Virus record (IMG/VR): IMGVR_UViG_3300027741_000025
Span: 64,001 to 128,000 of that record
Strand: one strand, 5' to 3'
DNA from: a virus
Length of the DNA stretch: 64,000 nt
The notes under the pieces were generated by a model that did not search any database, was not told the origin of the DNA, and saw only the letters and a list, made by a program, of their open reading frames with translations. The stretch's first letter is position 1. Each line of letters opens with the position of its first letter. This document shows, in pieces, positions 31,035-40,695 of this stretch. Made by a program: the position numbers and the translations under genes.

Positions 31035-32158
31035 AAGCCTATTTTAGGCTTTTCTTCTTTTTTGGAGTAATTTTCTTCTTCGTTGTATATCTCAGCCAAA
31101 GTCATAGGAACATCTGTTTTTCTCTTAGACTTCATGCTTTTAAATATTTTATTGCAATTTTCAGGAGACAGAACATCAAATTCATGCTCTATTAAAAGCC
31201 TGCCTTTTCTCACAAGAGCTGAATCTATTTTTTCTTTGTTTATATTGAACGTTGCGATTATTAAAATATTTAAACAATCTCCAAGAACACCATCAGTTAT
31301 GTTTAATATGTTGCTTATCGCATTGTTATCCTGATTCTCTCTGCTCCTTAAAGCTTTTTCGGCATCCTCCAACAAAAGTATGGAGTTTCTATAGCCCATT
31401 ATAAAGCTTAAAAAATCAGGATTAGTCAGTTGATCGGCAGAGCCAGAAGACAAATAGATTACTTTTCTATCTGTTTTGGTTGTCAAATATTTTATGAAAG
31501 TACTTTTACCAGTACCTGGCTTACCCGATAATAAAACCAAGCCATTTTTATTTTTCTTTGTATAATCAATTATTTTATCAAACTTATCAGAAGCAGATTT
31601 TCCATAATTTAATTCCAGGTCTATTTTTTTATCTGGAAGCTTCACTTCAAACTTTTGTGTTGTAAGCATTCCATCCAAGCTACAAAGCAAATAGACATTT
31701 TTTTTCTTTTTATCTTCTGCCAAGAACTCCATACATTCTTTGACTTTATTTAAGGTTTCTTCTTTTTGATAAAGTATCTTGCAATTATAATTTTTGAAAT
31801 CTTTTTTATTTATATTGACGTTTGATTCAACGTCATCAGCCTCCGACCCATCCAGAAAGAAATCTATTTTGTTAATTAAATCTTTTTTGCGAAAAAATTG
31901 AATTACCAAATCTTCGTATTCATAGCAAGACTCTATATTGTTTATTTTATTTTTTCCATTATCACTTTTTTCTAAATCAAAAGTGAACACCTTGACTGCA
32001 CCTAACTTCTCAAGATTTTTAAAAGTTGCCTCGCCTATATCTGCGATAATTTCAAAAACATAAGGCTGTGCTTGAAATTTTTCACAATAATTATAAAAGA
32101 TATTTAAATAAGTTCCATAATCGTGCGGTGGCGATTTTTTACAGTAACTGTTTTTCAT
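31031..32158 (-). CDS. AAA+ ATPase (BCS1-like)
   Basis: GKPGTGKST Walker A, LLLEDAE Walker B, NILNITDG, ALVRKGR; C-terminal KIGF. Confidence 0.85.
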   Translation of the reverse strand: MKNSYCKKSPPHDYGTYLNIFYNYCEKFQAQPYVFEIIADIGEATFKNLEKLGAVKVFTFDLEKSDNGKNKINNIESCYEYEDLVIQFFRKKDLINKIDFFLDGSEADDVESNVNINKKDFKNYNCKILYQKEETLNKVKECMEFLAEDKKKKNVYLLCSLDGMLTTQKFEVKLPDKKIDLELNYGKSASDKFDKIIDYTKKNKNGLVLLSGKPGTGKSTFIKYLTTKTDRKVIYLSSGSADQLTNPDFLSFIMGYRNSILLLEDAEKALRSRENQDNNAISNILNITDGVLGDCLNILIIATFNINKEKIDSALVRKGRLLIEHEFDVLSPENCNKIFKSMKSKRKTDVPMTLAEIYNEEENYSKKEEKPKIGF

Positions 32159-32182
32159 AATATCCTCGAAAGTTGATCCGAA

Positions 32183-32210
32183 TTATACCAGAAAAATTAT
32201 TCAAAATCCA
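32183..32210 (-). promoter_or_regulatory. Extended -10 promoter for the AAA ATPase
   Basis: Minus strand TGG-TATAAT with a weak -35, then a GAGGA SD before the ATG. Confidence 0.5.
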
Positions 32211-32224
32211 CTAATAATCTCATT

Positions 32225-32258
32225 AAAAAAAAAGTCTGCCTCTTTTAAGGAGGCAGAC
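32225..32258 (-). terminator. Rho-independent terminator
   Basis: Minus strand GTCTGCCTC-CTTAAAA-GAGGCAGAC followed by T9. Confidence 0.85.
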
Positions 32259-32402
32259 CTATTCATACACACAAAGAAAGAGGCAGATGTGTTATGAACT
32301 GCGGACGTTTAGCTCATGGTTAAAGCCGACTACCTTCCGCTGAGTCACCGTTTCTGCTGGACAGACGACAGCAGCAGCACATACACGGTAAGTTTTTATC
32401 AT
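32225..32402 (-). ncRNA. Candidate ~180-nt structured small RNA (alternatively a leaderless 36-aa ORF, 32292-32402)
   Basis: Bounded by a promoter and a terminator; 48% GC over 32292-32402; several stems and a 5-bp loop-loop complementarity. No known family recognised. Confidence 0.5.
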
Positions 32403-32408
32403 CCAACC

Positions 32409-32436
32409 AACATACCACAGAAAGCATCAATGTCAA
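32409..32436 (-). promoter_or_regulatory. Sigma70-type promoter
   Basis: Minus strand TTGACA-16 nt-TATGTT with TG extension. Confidence 0.7.
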
Positions 32437-32469
32437 GTTTCATCTTCGACGCTTGGTACATTTGTACTA

Positions 32470-35328
32470 TTAAATAAAAAATAAATCAAGGTATTCTTTG
32501 AAAGAGACATTTTCATCCATTGCTTTAGCGGCGGCGTTAGCTATAAGCCTGTTGATCTCACTATCAATTTCTTGCATTTTCTTTTGTGCATCAATGATCT
32601 TTTGTATTGTTTCTTCATCAACCTCTTTTTCTTGATATTCTTTTCTGTATCTTTGAATAAGCTCGGCTAACTTTCTCTTTTTCTGAACAATTACAAAAAG
32701 CTCTGTGTCTAAACCCTTAGCTATTGTGTAGGTTATATTTACTGGGTGCTCTGTGTTTATTCGGTAGATTCTTCCCTCGCTTTGTTCAGCAGACTCAGGA
32801 GTCCAGTCAAAATCGTTTATTATCATGTTTTGACTGGCGTTTGGAAAGCTTATTCCAGTTCCGCCCATCTTCATACTCATAACCAAAGCTTTGGCATTTG
32901 GGTCATTGGTAAAAACTTCTTTGACTTTATTTCTTTCCGCTTTTTTGGTTAAAGATAAATAAGTAATAACTTTGAATTTTGGATCAAGATCTTGTAATTT
33001 TTTAGATAGCTTTTCGAATATTTCACTTCCTGCTTTTACAAAGTTTGTAAAGATAACAACTTTGCTGGCTGCGTAATTGTTGGCGGGTTTGTCTAAATTT
33101 CTTTTTATTGTCTCAAAAGCCTTATTGACTGTGTAATCCACCTTCATATTAGCTAAAACTTCTCTACTGGCGATTAATTCACTTATAGCCAAATCTGGAT
33201 CTTTATATCCTTTGAGCTTTTCTTTTAACTTCTTATGAAAATCTTCTTCGTGTATATCAGTTGAAGCAGCATCTATGCTTAAATTTGGCATCTCTCTTAA
33301 ATCTTCTTTGGTGCGCCTCACATAAACGCCAGAGAGATTGAGCCACTTGTTTAGTTTTTCTGCAGCTCTTATTCTGTCCTCAAAACTTCCTTCTGTGTAA
33401 GCCCCTCTATAGCCACCAGGAACCATACCCGCAAAATCTCTTTTGAACTTGCCGTCTTGTATGTCTCCAAGAGGATGTCCGACAATCTTCAATTGATTTT
33501 TTACGTCAGAAGGTCTGTTTGCACTTATTGTTGCGCTTGCGCCCCATTTATACGGAATATTTTTTGTTGCTTCTTCAATGTTTTGACTTCTTTTTGCTGT
33601 TTGGTGTTTTAGCTTGTGTAGTTCATCAAATATAACTATTGAATAGTTAGCGTTCTTGGTTGAATTGATTACATTTTGAAGATTCTTGCCACTTGAGAAA
33701 TTGTCGTAATATAAAACAGTCCAGCGTTTTGGATTTGTGCCATCCTTGGATACGTCAGCGTTTTCTCCAACAACATCTTTGATTTCTTCTACCCATTGAT
33801 TTTGAACTGCCTTTAAAGTTATCACAAGTGTTTTTGAATTAGATCCAACATCTTGCATCCTCAACTCGGCAGCAGAAATCATCTGCACCGTTTTGCCCAC
33901 CCCAGTGGCATCACCAAGTATTGCATGATTTCTTCCATACAAAAAGGCTATGCCATCTTTTTGCTCTTTATAAAGCTCGAATTTAGATTCAGGCAATCTT
34001 GAGTCTATCTTTTCTTTAAAGTCTGCGTCTACTTTTCCTTCTTGATCAGCTCTCTTGACTCCACCATTTTTCAGCTTATTGTCTAATATTGCTCTAAGAT
34101 CTTCAACATGATAGCCAAACCTTTTTAATATTTGCCCAAACGTAGCATACTGTTTGAAATTACCAGAAACTACATAAGAAAAGTTTTTATCATCCCATCT
34201 ATAAGATGGAAATGTGTATTGAATCAACTCCTTTAGAAATGCTTTTTGATCCTGAGAAGCTTCTCTGTATGGAACGCTTATTGTCATAACATCATCAACG
34301 CCGCCTCTTCTATCTGCGAAAGATATTATCGGTTTACTGGTTTTTATTTGCTCTGATTTCTTTTCAAAAGAAATTTCTTTTTGACTCTCCCCAGAGAATA
34401 ATTCATTTTCATCTACAAATTTATCTAAATCGGTAACATCTATTCCGCCACCTACTAATTTACTTTTAACAGCATCGTATAAATCTTTGCTATCTGCTGC
34501 TATCAAAAACTTAGGAGGTCTTGTTGAACCATCAAAACTATACCCTCTTGGAACAAGGCTGGCGCTTCTTGCAGAATCTAATATTGACTTGCTTTGATCA
34601 AAAGAAACATTTAGTTGTATTGCTATTTTTTTACCAAACCTGGTGTCTTGTATTCCGACAACAACCAGCTGTTTCTTTTCAGAAATAGGAGTTTTTTCTT
34701 CAGAGCCAACAGGAGATCCCGAGACCTTGGTTGATATACTCATTTCTCCCGAAATCAGCTTTACAACATCGTCTATCACCTCTGGGTGAATGTAATATGT
34801 ATTTAATTGATTTCTATCTGTGTTAAAAAACTTAAACACAGGATACTTCATCGCACCATAGTTATCCCTCACCTTGACCAGCTTTTTCTTTTCAACAATA
34901 AGATCAGAAATTTTTGTCATTAGCTTTTTACTAATTCCACCTGGAACATAAACTTTAATTTTACCCCAGACTCTTTCTGCATCTGTGTGGATTACTATTT
35001 CTTGATGATCATCCATTTTTAAACTAGATTTGATATCATTTTCCACAGCCTTCTTTATATCTTCATAATTTGAAATTTGTGTATTTTTATAACGAGAAAG
35101 AATGGTAAGCATTCTGCTAGCTGTAGCCAATGGTATTGAATCATTGTGAAAATTAGGATCACCGACAATTGCTTTGTATGCTCCAAAATCTATTTTGTTG
35201 AACCCAGTGAAATCATCTACAACAGGAGCGCCTCTTTCAAACATATCGTGAAACGTAGTTTTTAGTAGATCTATTCCCGGACCCGACACAAGGTTTTCTT
35301 TATTTTCTAAGAATGATGTAAATTTCAT
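32470..35328 (-). CDS. SNF2/SWI2-family helicase with long N-terminal extension
   Basis: GDATGVGKT, IFDELH, SAT, KVVIFTNF, GGTGISF, DFDWTP..AEQSEGRIYRI. Confidence 0.9.
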   Translation of the reverse strand: MKFTSFLENKENLVSGPGIDLLKTTFHDMFERGAPVVDDFTGFNKIDFGAYKAIVGDPNFHNDSIPLATASRMLTILSRYKNTQISNYEDIKKAVENDIKSSLKMDDHQEIVIHTDAERVWGKIKVYVPGGISKKLMTKISDLIVEKKKLVKVRDNYGAMKYPVFKFFNTDRNQLNTYYIHPEVIDDVVKLISGEMSISTKVSGSPVGSEEKTPISEKKQLVVVGIQDTRFGKKIAIQLNVSFDQSKSILDSARSASLVPRGYSFDGSTRPPKFLIAADSKDLYDAVKSKLVGGGIDVTDLDKFVDENELFSGESQKEISFEKKSEQIKTSKPIISFADRRGGVDDVMTISVPYREASQDQKAFLKELIQYTFPSYRWDDKNFSYVVSGNFKQYATFGQILKRFGYHVEDLRAILDNKLKNGGVKRADQEGKVDADFKEKIDSRLPESKFELYKEQKDGIAFLYGRNHAILGDATGVGKTVQMISAAELRMQDVGSNSKTLVITLKAVQNQWVEEIKDVVGENADVSKDGTNPKRWTVLYYDNFSSGKNLQNVINSTKNANYSIVIFDELHKLKHQTAKRSQNIEEATKNIPYKWGASATISANRPSDVKNQLKIVGHPLGDIQDGKFKRDFAGMVPGGYRGAYTEGSFEDRIRAAEKLNKWLNLSGVYVRRTKEDLREMPNLSIDAASTDIHEEDFHKKLKEKLKGYKDPDLAISELIASREVLANMKVDYTVNKAFETIKRNLDKPANNYAASKVVIFTNFVKAGSEIFEKLSKKLQDLDPKFKVITYLSLTKKAERNKVKEVFTNDPNAKALVMSMKMGGTGISFPNASQNMIINDFDWTPESAEQSEGRIYRINTEHPVNITYTIAKGLDTELFVIVQKKRKLAELIQRYRKEYQEKEVDEETIQKIIDAQKKMQEIDSEINRLIANAAAKAMDENVSFKEYLDLFFI

Positions 35329-35374
35329 AAAATTATCTAGTTGAATATAGCTAATATTTTGTTAAAATATATCA

Positions 35375-35965
35375 ATGAACTTAAAAGATACAAAGATTGA
35401 AAAAATACTGATAAACGGTGTTTTTAAGAAGTTTTATCACATTTTGATAAGAAAAGATGAGTATAAAATCTGTGTGGATTGCGCCTGCAACATGTGGGCA
35501 AATGAAAAGGATGGATCAAAACTAAACAGAGGTCTGCTGAATTCAGCAAAAGACCCATATCGAACCGAAAGAATTGGTAGGCTTTGTGAAATGGGCTTTG
35601 GAAAGCTATTTGATATGTCGATAGACACAGAATACAAAAAATTCGGAGATACTATGGATTTTTTGTATAAAGAAAATAAAATAAATGTAAAAGGGGCGGC
35701 AAGATACCCCGATTGGGAAGCAGGTTTGGTCTTAGCTCGGGACAATAAAGGCAGAAAGTCTGAGTTGAAGCAGGACATCTATGTTTTCGGATACATGAAA
35801 AATGAAAACAAAGAACAAGAACAAGCAAATATGGTCTTAGTCGGATACCAGACCAGAGAGTTTATACTCAATCTGTTGCCAGTGCCAGCCAGAAGAGAAG
35901 ATCACTACAACTACGAAGTTCCTTACCATGATTTGCTTTCCATAGAAGCTCTAGAATCGATTTAG
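35375..35965 (+). CDS. Hypothetical protein, possible PD-(D/E)XK fold
   Basis: G..CE.GF...D..DF...INVK...DIYVF pattern. Confidence 0.45.
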   Translation: MNLKDTKIEKILINGVFKKFYHILIRKDEYKICVDCACNMWANEKDGSKLNRGLLNSAKDPYRTERIGRLCEMGFGKLFDMSIDTEYKKFGDTMDFLYKENKINVKGAARYPDWEAGLVLARDNKGRKSELKQDIYVFGYMKNENKEQEQANMVLVGYQTREFILNLLPVPARREDHYNYEVPYHDLLSIEALESI

Positions 35966-36303
35966 AAGTATGGATTTTTCGTAAAGCTCTTGAACATACT
36001 TTTAAATTCTTTTGCACATTCGCTTTTAACTCGTTCAAAGTCTTTTACGCATTCACTTTTAATTTTTTTGATATCTACGTCAAGATAACCAAGAATACCA
36101 AGCTTAACATCTGGGAATTCTTCTTCTGATTGATTCTCTTCTTCCCTAAGCCGAGCATAGTATTGCTTGCTTCCGTTTGGATAGTTTCTATACAAGGGAT
36201 AGAGTTTCTTTTCCTCGATCTTGAACTCTGAGAGAGCGCTGTTATCTCCCGCAAGAGCTTCAAGAACACCATCGAATTCAAAATCCATGATTTTTCTCCT
36301 CAA
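35962..36303 (-). CDS. Hypothetical protein (start likely 36288, MDFEF)
   Basis: Fills the gap; AGGAG upstream of the internal ATG. Confidence 0.55.
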   Translation of the reverse strand: MRRKIMDFEFDGVLEALAGDNSALSEFKIEEKKLYPLYRNYPNGSKQYYARLREEENQSEEEFPDVKLGILGYLDVDIKKIKSECVKDFERVKSECAKEFKSMFKSFTKNPYF

Positions 36304-36409
36304 GGAATACAGTATACGCTTTGCCTGACTTCAAAGAAATAGCGTACCACAAAGAAACTTCTTTCAATAAGTCTACATATAGTGGACACATATGTTGCAA
36401 GGAGCCGGG

Positions 36410-36865
36410 ATGAAAAACTTTCTATTCTTTTTATTGTCTGCTTCAATACTTGGATGTTCTGTAAGAGTCGATCAAAAACAAACATTCCCAAAACAAAATA
36501 TGGAGAAAAAAGAAGGTGAATTCTCTTTGATTCTTTTAAATCTTCATAACAAAACAAGAGAAGAAAGGGGTTTAAAGACACTTTCGATAGATGAGGGTTT
36601 GATGGTATACGCTCAAAATCACGCAGACAAAATGCTATCCAAAGACAGTTTGACGCACTCTAATATCTCATCCCTACTCTCCAACTATGATGGTTACGTT
36701 GGAGAAAATATAGCCTATGGTCAAAAAGACGAAGAGTCTGTTTTAAAAGCCTGGATGAACTCCTACACACATAGAGGCAACATATTGGGTTCTTATACTA
36801 AGGTAGGTTTTGGTGTTGCCAAAAAAGAAGATAAAGTATATTGGTGCGCCGTCTTTGCTAACTAG
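36410..36865 (+). CDS. CAP/SCP-domain lipoprotein
   Basis: AAGGAG SD before MKNFLFFLLSASILG-C lipobox; LHNKTR, AQNHA, GENIAYG, WMNSYTHRGNIL. Confidence 0.85.
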   Translation: MKNFLFFLLSASILGCSVRVDQKQTFPKQNMEKKEGEFSLILLNLHNKTREERGLKTLSIDEGLMVYAQNHADKMLSKDSLTHSNISSLLSNYDGYVGENIAYGQKDEESVLKAWMNSYTHRGNILGSYTKVGFGVAKKEDKVYWCAVFAN

Positions 36866-37584
36866 ATACCATACTCAGTTAGTTTTATATTCACGGCATA
36901 ATCACCGGGCTCTGTTATTGAAACATTCTTGTTAAACACTATGAAACCAGTTTGAGTTATTGTTATATTAAAAGAAAACGGAAGATTTAGCGTAGGATTA
37001 ATTCTAGGATCTAGTCCGGTGTTCACAACACCCTTTGTCGATTTGAATCCCGACAAAGAAACGTCAAACAAACTTCCGCTTGCGTTTTCTGTTCCCCACT
37101 TTTCTTCTGTAATCTCAAATTTTGGATCAATAATAGTATAAGAATTTGGGTTTGAATTAATCATATTGAACGTGAAAGTTGTAGATAAAGATTCATATCT
37201 ATTCAATATTATCTTTGGATAAACTTCTACCGCTTCACCAGTAGAAACAGTCAGAGGTGTATCAAAAACTTTGAACCATAAAAGCTTACCTGAAGAATCT
37301 TTCACATAATATCCCACAATAATCTCTGATAATGGTGGTTCGTTATTATTATTCCAAATTACCGGTTCTTTGTATTCTATTATTGCGTAGTCACTTTCAG
37401 CCAAAGATGGTCCCCAATTGTATTTTGACAAAGATATAGGCGCATAGCCTACAAACAAAGGATTTGTAAAAACGGGATTCTCGGTATTTTCACTAATATT
37501 ATTTGTGAAAAGCTCAGCAGAACTATCAAACCCAATCAGTTCGTCTAGTAGTTTCGGATTGTTTATTATATTAGCTGTTGGCAT
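36862..37584 (-). CDS. Probable virion structural (tail/baseplate-associated) protein
   Basis: Beta-rich; IVGYYVKDSSGKLLWFKVF..P pattern seen in phage tail proteins; TATATA upstream. Confidence 0.45.
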   Translation of the reverse strand: MPTANIINNPKLLDELIGFDSSAELFTNNISENTENPVFTNPLFVGYAPISLSKYNWGPSLAESDYAIIEYKEPVIWNNNNEPPLSEIIVGYYVKDSSGKLLWFKVFDTPLTVSTGEAVEVYPKIILNRYESLSTTFTFNMINSNPNSYTIIDPKFEITEEKWGTENASGSLFDVSLSGFKSTKGVVNTGLDPRINPTLNLPFSFNITITQTGFIVFNKNVSITEPGDYAVNIKLTEYGI

Positions 37585-37643
37585 ATTAAATATATATAAA
37601 ATAAATACAAAAAACCAAACACAAATTTGAATCTGTTTAAAAT

Positions 37644-38102
37644 ATGACTACAATATTCTATATGGTAGAAAAACTTTTTTATTCTTGGCAAGAATACGAT
37701 AAAGACATACTTTTAATAAACTCAAGAATTCACATGAGTTCTTGGTACCCAGAACACATAGTTGGAGTCAAAAGAGGTGGTCTTATCCCGGCAGTCTCCC
37801 TGAGTCATTTATTCAAAATTCCATTAAGCATAATAAGTTATCAATCGAGAGATGGCGAAGATAGGGACTTGGGAGGATTATTAAGTTTATCAAAAGATTC
37901 AAAAATATTGCTAATTGATGATATATGTGACACTGGGGATACATTCGAAGCAATTAAGAAAGAAATAAAACAAAATTATTTAAATATAAAATTTTGTTCA
38001 ATGTTTTATAATATAAGGCAAAATATAACAGTTGATTATTTTGCAAGAAAGATAGACAGGGAAAAAGATGCCAGTTGGATAGTTTTTCCTTGGGAGTTTT
38101 AA
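37644..38102 (+). CDS. Purine phosphoribosyltransferase (Gpt/Hpt-like)
   Basis: VGVKRGGLIPA, ILLIDDICDTGDT, WIVFPWE. Confidence 0.9.
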   Translation: MTTIFYMVEKLFYSWQEYDKDILLINSRIHMSSWYPEHIVGVKRGGLIPAVSLSHLFKIPLSIISYQSRDGEDRDLGGLLSLSKDSKILLIDDICDTGDTFEAIKKEIKQNYLNIKFCSMFYNIRQNITVDYFARKIDREKDASWIVFPWEF

Positions 38103-38103
38103 A

Positions 38104-40242
38104 ATGCAAAAAGTTTACAAAATAAATGAAAAGAATTACACCCTTCCTCAAGACTTTTGTTGGGAAGACTATATAGAAATTTATGATGATTTGAGAATAG
38201 CAGGTATCACCACAGAAAGACAAGCAATATATCATTATTTAATTTATGGAATCAATGAACAAAGAAAATACAAGATAGATGGAATCAAAGAAATAAAAAC
38301 CACAAACAATATTATTCAAATAAATAAAACAGCAGAAAAATTCTTTGATACAAAAAATTTAATGTATTTTTCTCCGGAGGCACCGGACTTCGATAGAAGC
38401 AGTGGAGGGAACAGACTCTTCCAAATACTAAGAATTTTAGTCCTTGATTTGAAATACAACACATACTTTTTGTGCAACAATCCTCTTGATAAAAAATATT
38501 TTGATGCCTTGAATTCTATGGGTGTTAAATGTTATACAATAAATCCAGAAAAAAACATTTACTTAAACAAACATATTCAAGACTTTAAATCTTCAAAAAT
38601 TAATTTTGATTATTGCATATTTTCTTGGTTTGATATAGCTCGACAATATTTTGATATTATAAAATCTTATTATCCCCAAATTAAAACAATAACAGACTCT
38701 GTTGATGTACATTGGATTAGAGAAGAAAGAGGTGTGAAAGAAGGTTTGTTCCACAAAACAGAAAAGCAATTGATCGCCAGCAAAGAAGCAGAAAAAAATA
38801 TTTATGAAAAATCAGATGTTGTCTTTGCTGTCACAAAAAACGATGCTCAAGAAATTCAAAAAGAGCTTCCAAATAAAAACGTTAAGATTTTATCAAATAT
38901 TCATGAGCCTCAAAAAAATAGAAATAAACTGGGTAATGATATAGTTTTTGTAGGAAGTTATCTTCATCTCCCCAATCAACAAGCAGCAATAGATTGTGTC
39001 GAAATTTATAATAAATTTATTTCACAATATGAATTTAATAAAAAAAATAAACCAAATCTTTTAATAGTTGGATCTCACCCTAACGAACAAATCAAATCCC
39101 TGGATAATGGCAAAAATATTAAAGTTCTGGGGCAAGTTGAAGACTTGGAACCAATATATGAACAAGCAAGAGTTCTACTGGCTCCGCTTAGATGGGGAGC
39201 TGGAATAAAAGGCAAGATATGCGAAGCCGCTATGCATAAAGTTCCCATAGTTACAACCAGAATTGGTAGTGAGGGTTTGTCGTTAACAGATAGAAGAGAC
39301 GTTTATTTAGGAGAATCAAACGATGACTTCGTAGAGTGTTTGTTCAAGATATATGGAAGTAAAGACTTAAATCTATTAGACATGTCTGATAGGGCTCAGA
39401 AAAAGATATTATCTTTAACAAGTAAGCAAGCTGCAATATCTGTTTTAAAACACACACTTGGTTTCAAGAAAGTTATAATAAGCATAGTCACATACAATAA
39501 CTTTAAAACATTGACCAAATGCGTAGAATCTATATTGAATAATACGGATTATTTAACCTATGAGATAGTTATTACCAACAACTTTCCAGAGCATAATAAA
39601 AAAATAACAGACTATTCAAACAAAATAAATAAAAAATATAAAAACAATAAAGTTTCTTGCATAAACAACGGAAAAAATGAGTTCTTCATAATTCCCAACA
39701 ACAGAGTAATAGAATCGCACCCAGACAGCGACATAGTTTTAGTGAACGACGATATAGAGATTGTATCCAAGTGTTGGCTGAGTAATTTGTATTCCGCTGC
39801 TTATTCTGAAGGAAGTGTAGCCTGTGCAGGTGGCAAGACAATATTTCCAAATGGTTTGTTGGCAGAAGCAGGGGCAGAGCTTTACAACGACGGTTTTGGA
39901 CGGAATATCGGCAGAAACGATAATCCAAACAAAGATATTTATAATCTACGACGGTATGTGGGATATGTAAGTGGATGTTTAATGTATATTCGTAGAGACG
40001 CAATAGAGGAAGTCGGTCTATTGGACCAAAATTTGTTTCCGATGTACTACGAGGATAGTGATTGGCAATATAGGGCTCACATAAAAGGCTTGAAAAGCAT
40101 ATATGAGCCAAGTTGCTTGGCTGTTCACTCAGAAGGCACAACAGTACGCAGGTCTAAATTCAATAAAATAAAAATTGTTGAAACAAATAGAGAGAAGTTC
40201 ATAAATAAATATAAAGACGAAAATATAGAACAATATAACTAG
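38104..40242 (+). CDS. GT4 + GT2 fused glycosyltransferase
   Basis: PDFDRSSGGNR; APLRWGAGIKGKICEA (GT4); ISIVTYN, VLVNDD, YVSGC, PMYYEDSDW (GT2); N-terminal F.WEDY...HYL.YG.NE.R repeat. Confidence 0.9.
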   Translation: MQKVYKINEKNYTLPQDFCWEDYIEIYDDLRIAGITTERQAIYHYLIYGINEQRKYKIDGIKEIKTTNNIIQINKTAEKFFDTKNLMYFSPEAPDFDRSSGGNRLFQILRILVLDLKYNTYFLCNNPLDKKYFDALNSMGVKCYTINPEKNIYLNKHIQDFKSSKINFDYCIFSWFDIARQYFDIIKSYYPQIKTITDSVDVHWIREERGVKEGLFHKTEKQLIASKEAEKNIYEKSDVVFAVTKNDAQEIQKELPNKNVKILSNIHEPQKNRNKLGNDIVFVGSYLHLPNQQAAIDCVEIYNKFISQYEFNKKNKPNLLIVGSHPNEQIKSLDNGKNIKVLGQVEDLEPIYEQARVLLAPLRWGAGIKGKICEAAMHKVPIVTTRIGSEGLSLTDRRDVYLGESNDDFVECLFKIYGSKDLNLLDMSDRAQKKILSLTSKQAAISVLKHTLGFKKVIISIVTYNNFKTLTKCVESILNNTDYLTYEIVITNNFPEHNKKITDYSNKINKKYKNNKVSCINNGKNEFFIIPNNRVIESHPDSDIVLVNDDIEIVSKCWLSNLYSAAYSEGSVACAGGKTIFPNGLLAEAGAELYNDGFGRNIGRNDNPNKDIYNLRRYVGYVSGCLMYIRRDAIEEVGLLDQNLFPMYYEDSDWQYRAHIKGLKSIYEPSCLAVHSEGTTVRRSKFNKIKIVETNREKFINKYKDENIEQYN

Positions 40243-40253
40243 AAGGATCACCG

Positions 40254-40439
40254 ATGTTAGATATTATCTTGTTAACAAGCCTCTTAATTTCAACAATAGC
40301 ATATTTCTTTATAAGACAAAAACAGAAAAACAAGTCTTTTATTATAACAACTGGGTGCTTGGGTGTTGTTATAACTGTGGTTTTAGTTGTGTCGGCTATA
40401 TGCACAATACTTAATTTTATTTTTAGGTATCTAATTTAG
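40254..40439 (+). CDS. Small two-TM membrane protein
   Basis: Two hydrophobic stretches; AAGGA SD. Confidence 0.6.
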   Translation: MLDIILLTSLLISTIAYFFIRQKQKNKSFIITTGCLGVVITVVLVVSAICTILNFIFRYLI

Positions 40440-40695
40440 TTACTTTAACGACTAAATTTCCATCACCTTTTATAACTCGGTGATATGTTTCTTTTGGCAC
40501 AAAGAGCTTTTCTTTTAAAAGCTTAGGTAATTCATTGTCCATTTGGAACATCCAATTATTATTTTGAAGAACTTCTACAATCCTGTCTTCTTTATCTTTG
40601 TGCCAAATAAGCTCACCAGAATCTACACTGCTGCTAAATTCTCTTATTGAGATATTGTTCTGTGTCTTTTTTTCTTTAAATGGGAATTCTGTCAC
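40423..40695 (-). CDS. Small cupin-like conserved phage protein
   Basis: ELIWHKD..DR...FVPKETYHRVIKG. Confidence 0.65.
   Translation of the reverse strand: MTEFPFKEKKTQNNISIREFSSSVDSGELIWHKDKEDRIVEVLQNNNWMFQMDNELPKLLKEKLFVPKETYHRVIKGDGNLVVKVTKLDT

Noticed and set aside
32225-32402. tmRNA, SRP RNA, tRNA or type I toxin-antitoxin identity for the small unit
   Set aside because: No tRNA-like ends or T-arm; GCGGAAGG lacks the SRP domain IV context; the + strand mini-ORFs (18 and 9 aa) and the 36-aa ORF are not toxin-like transmembrane peptides.
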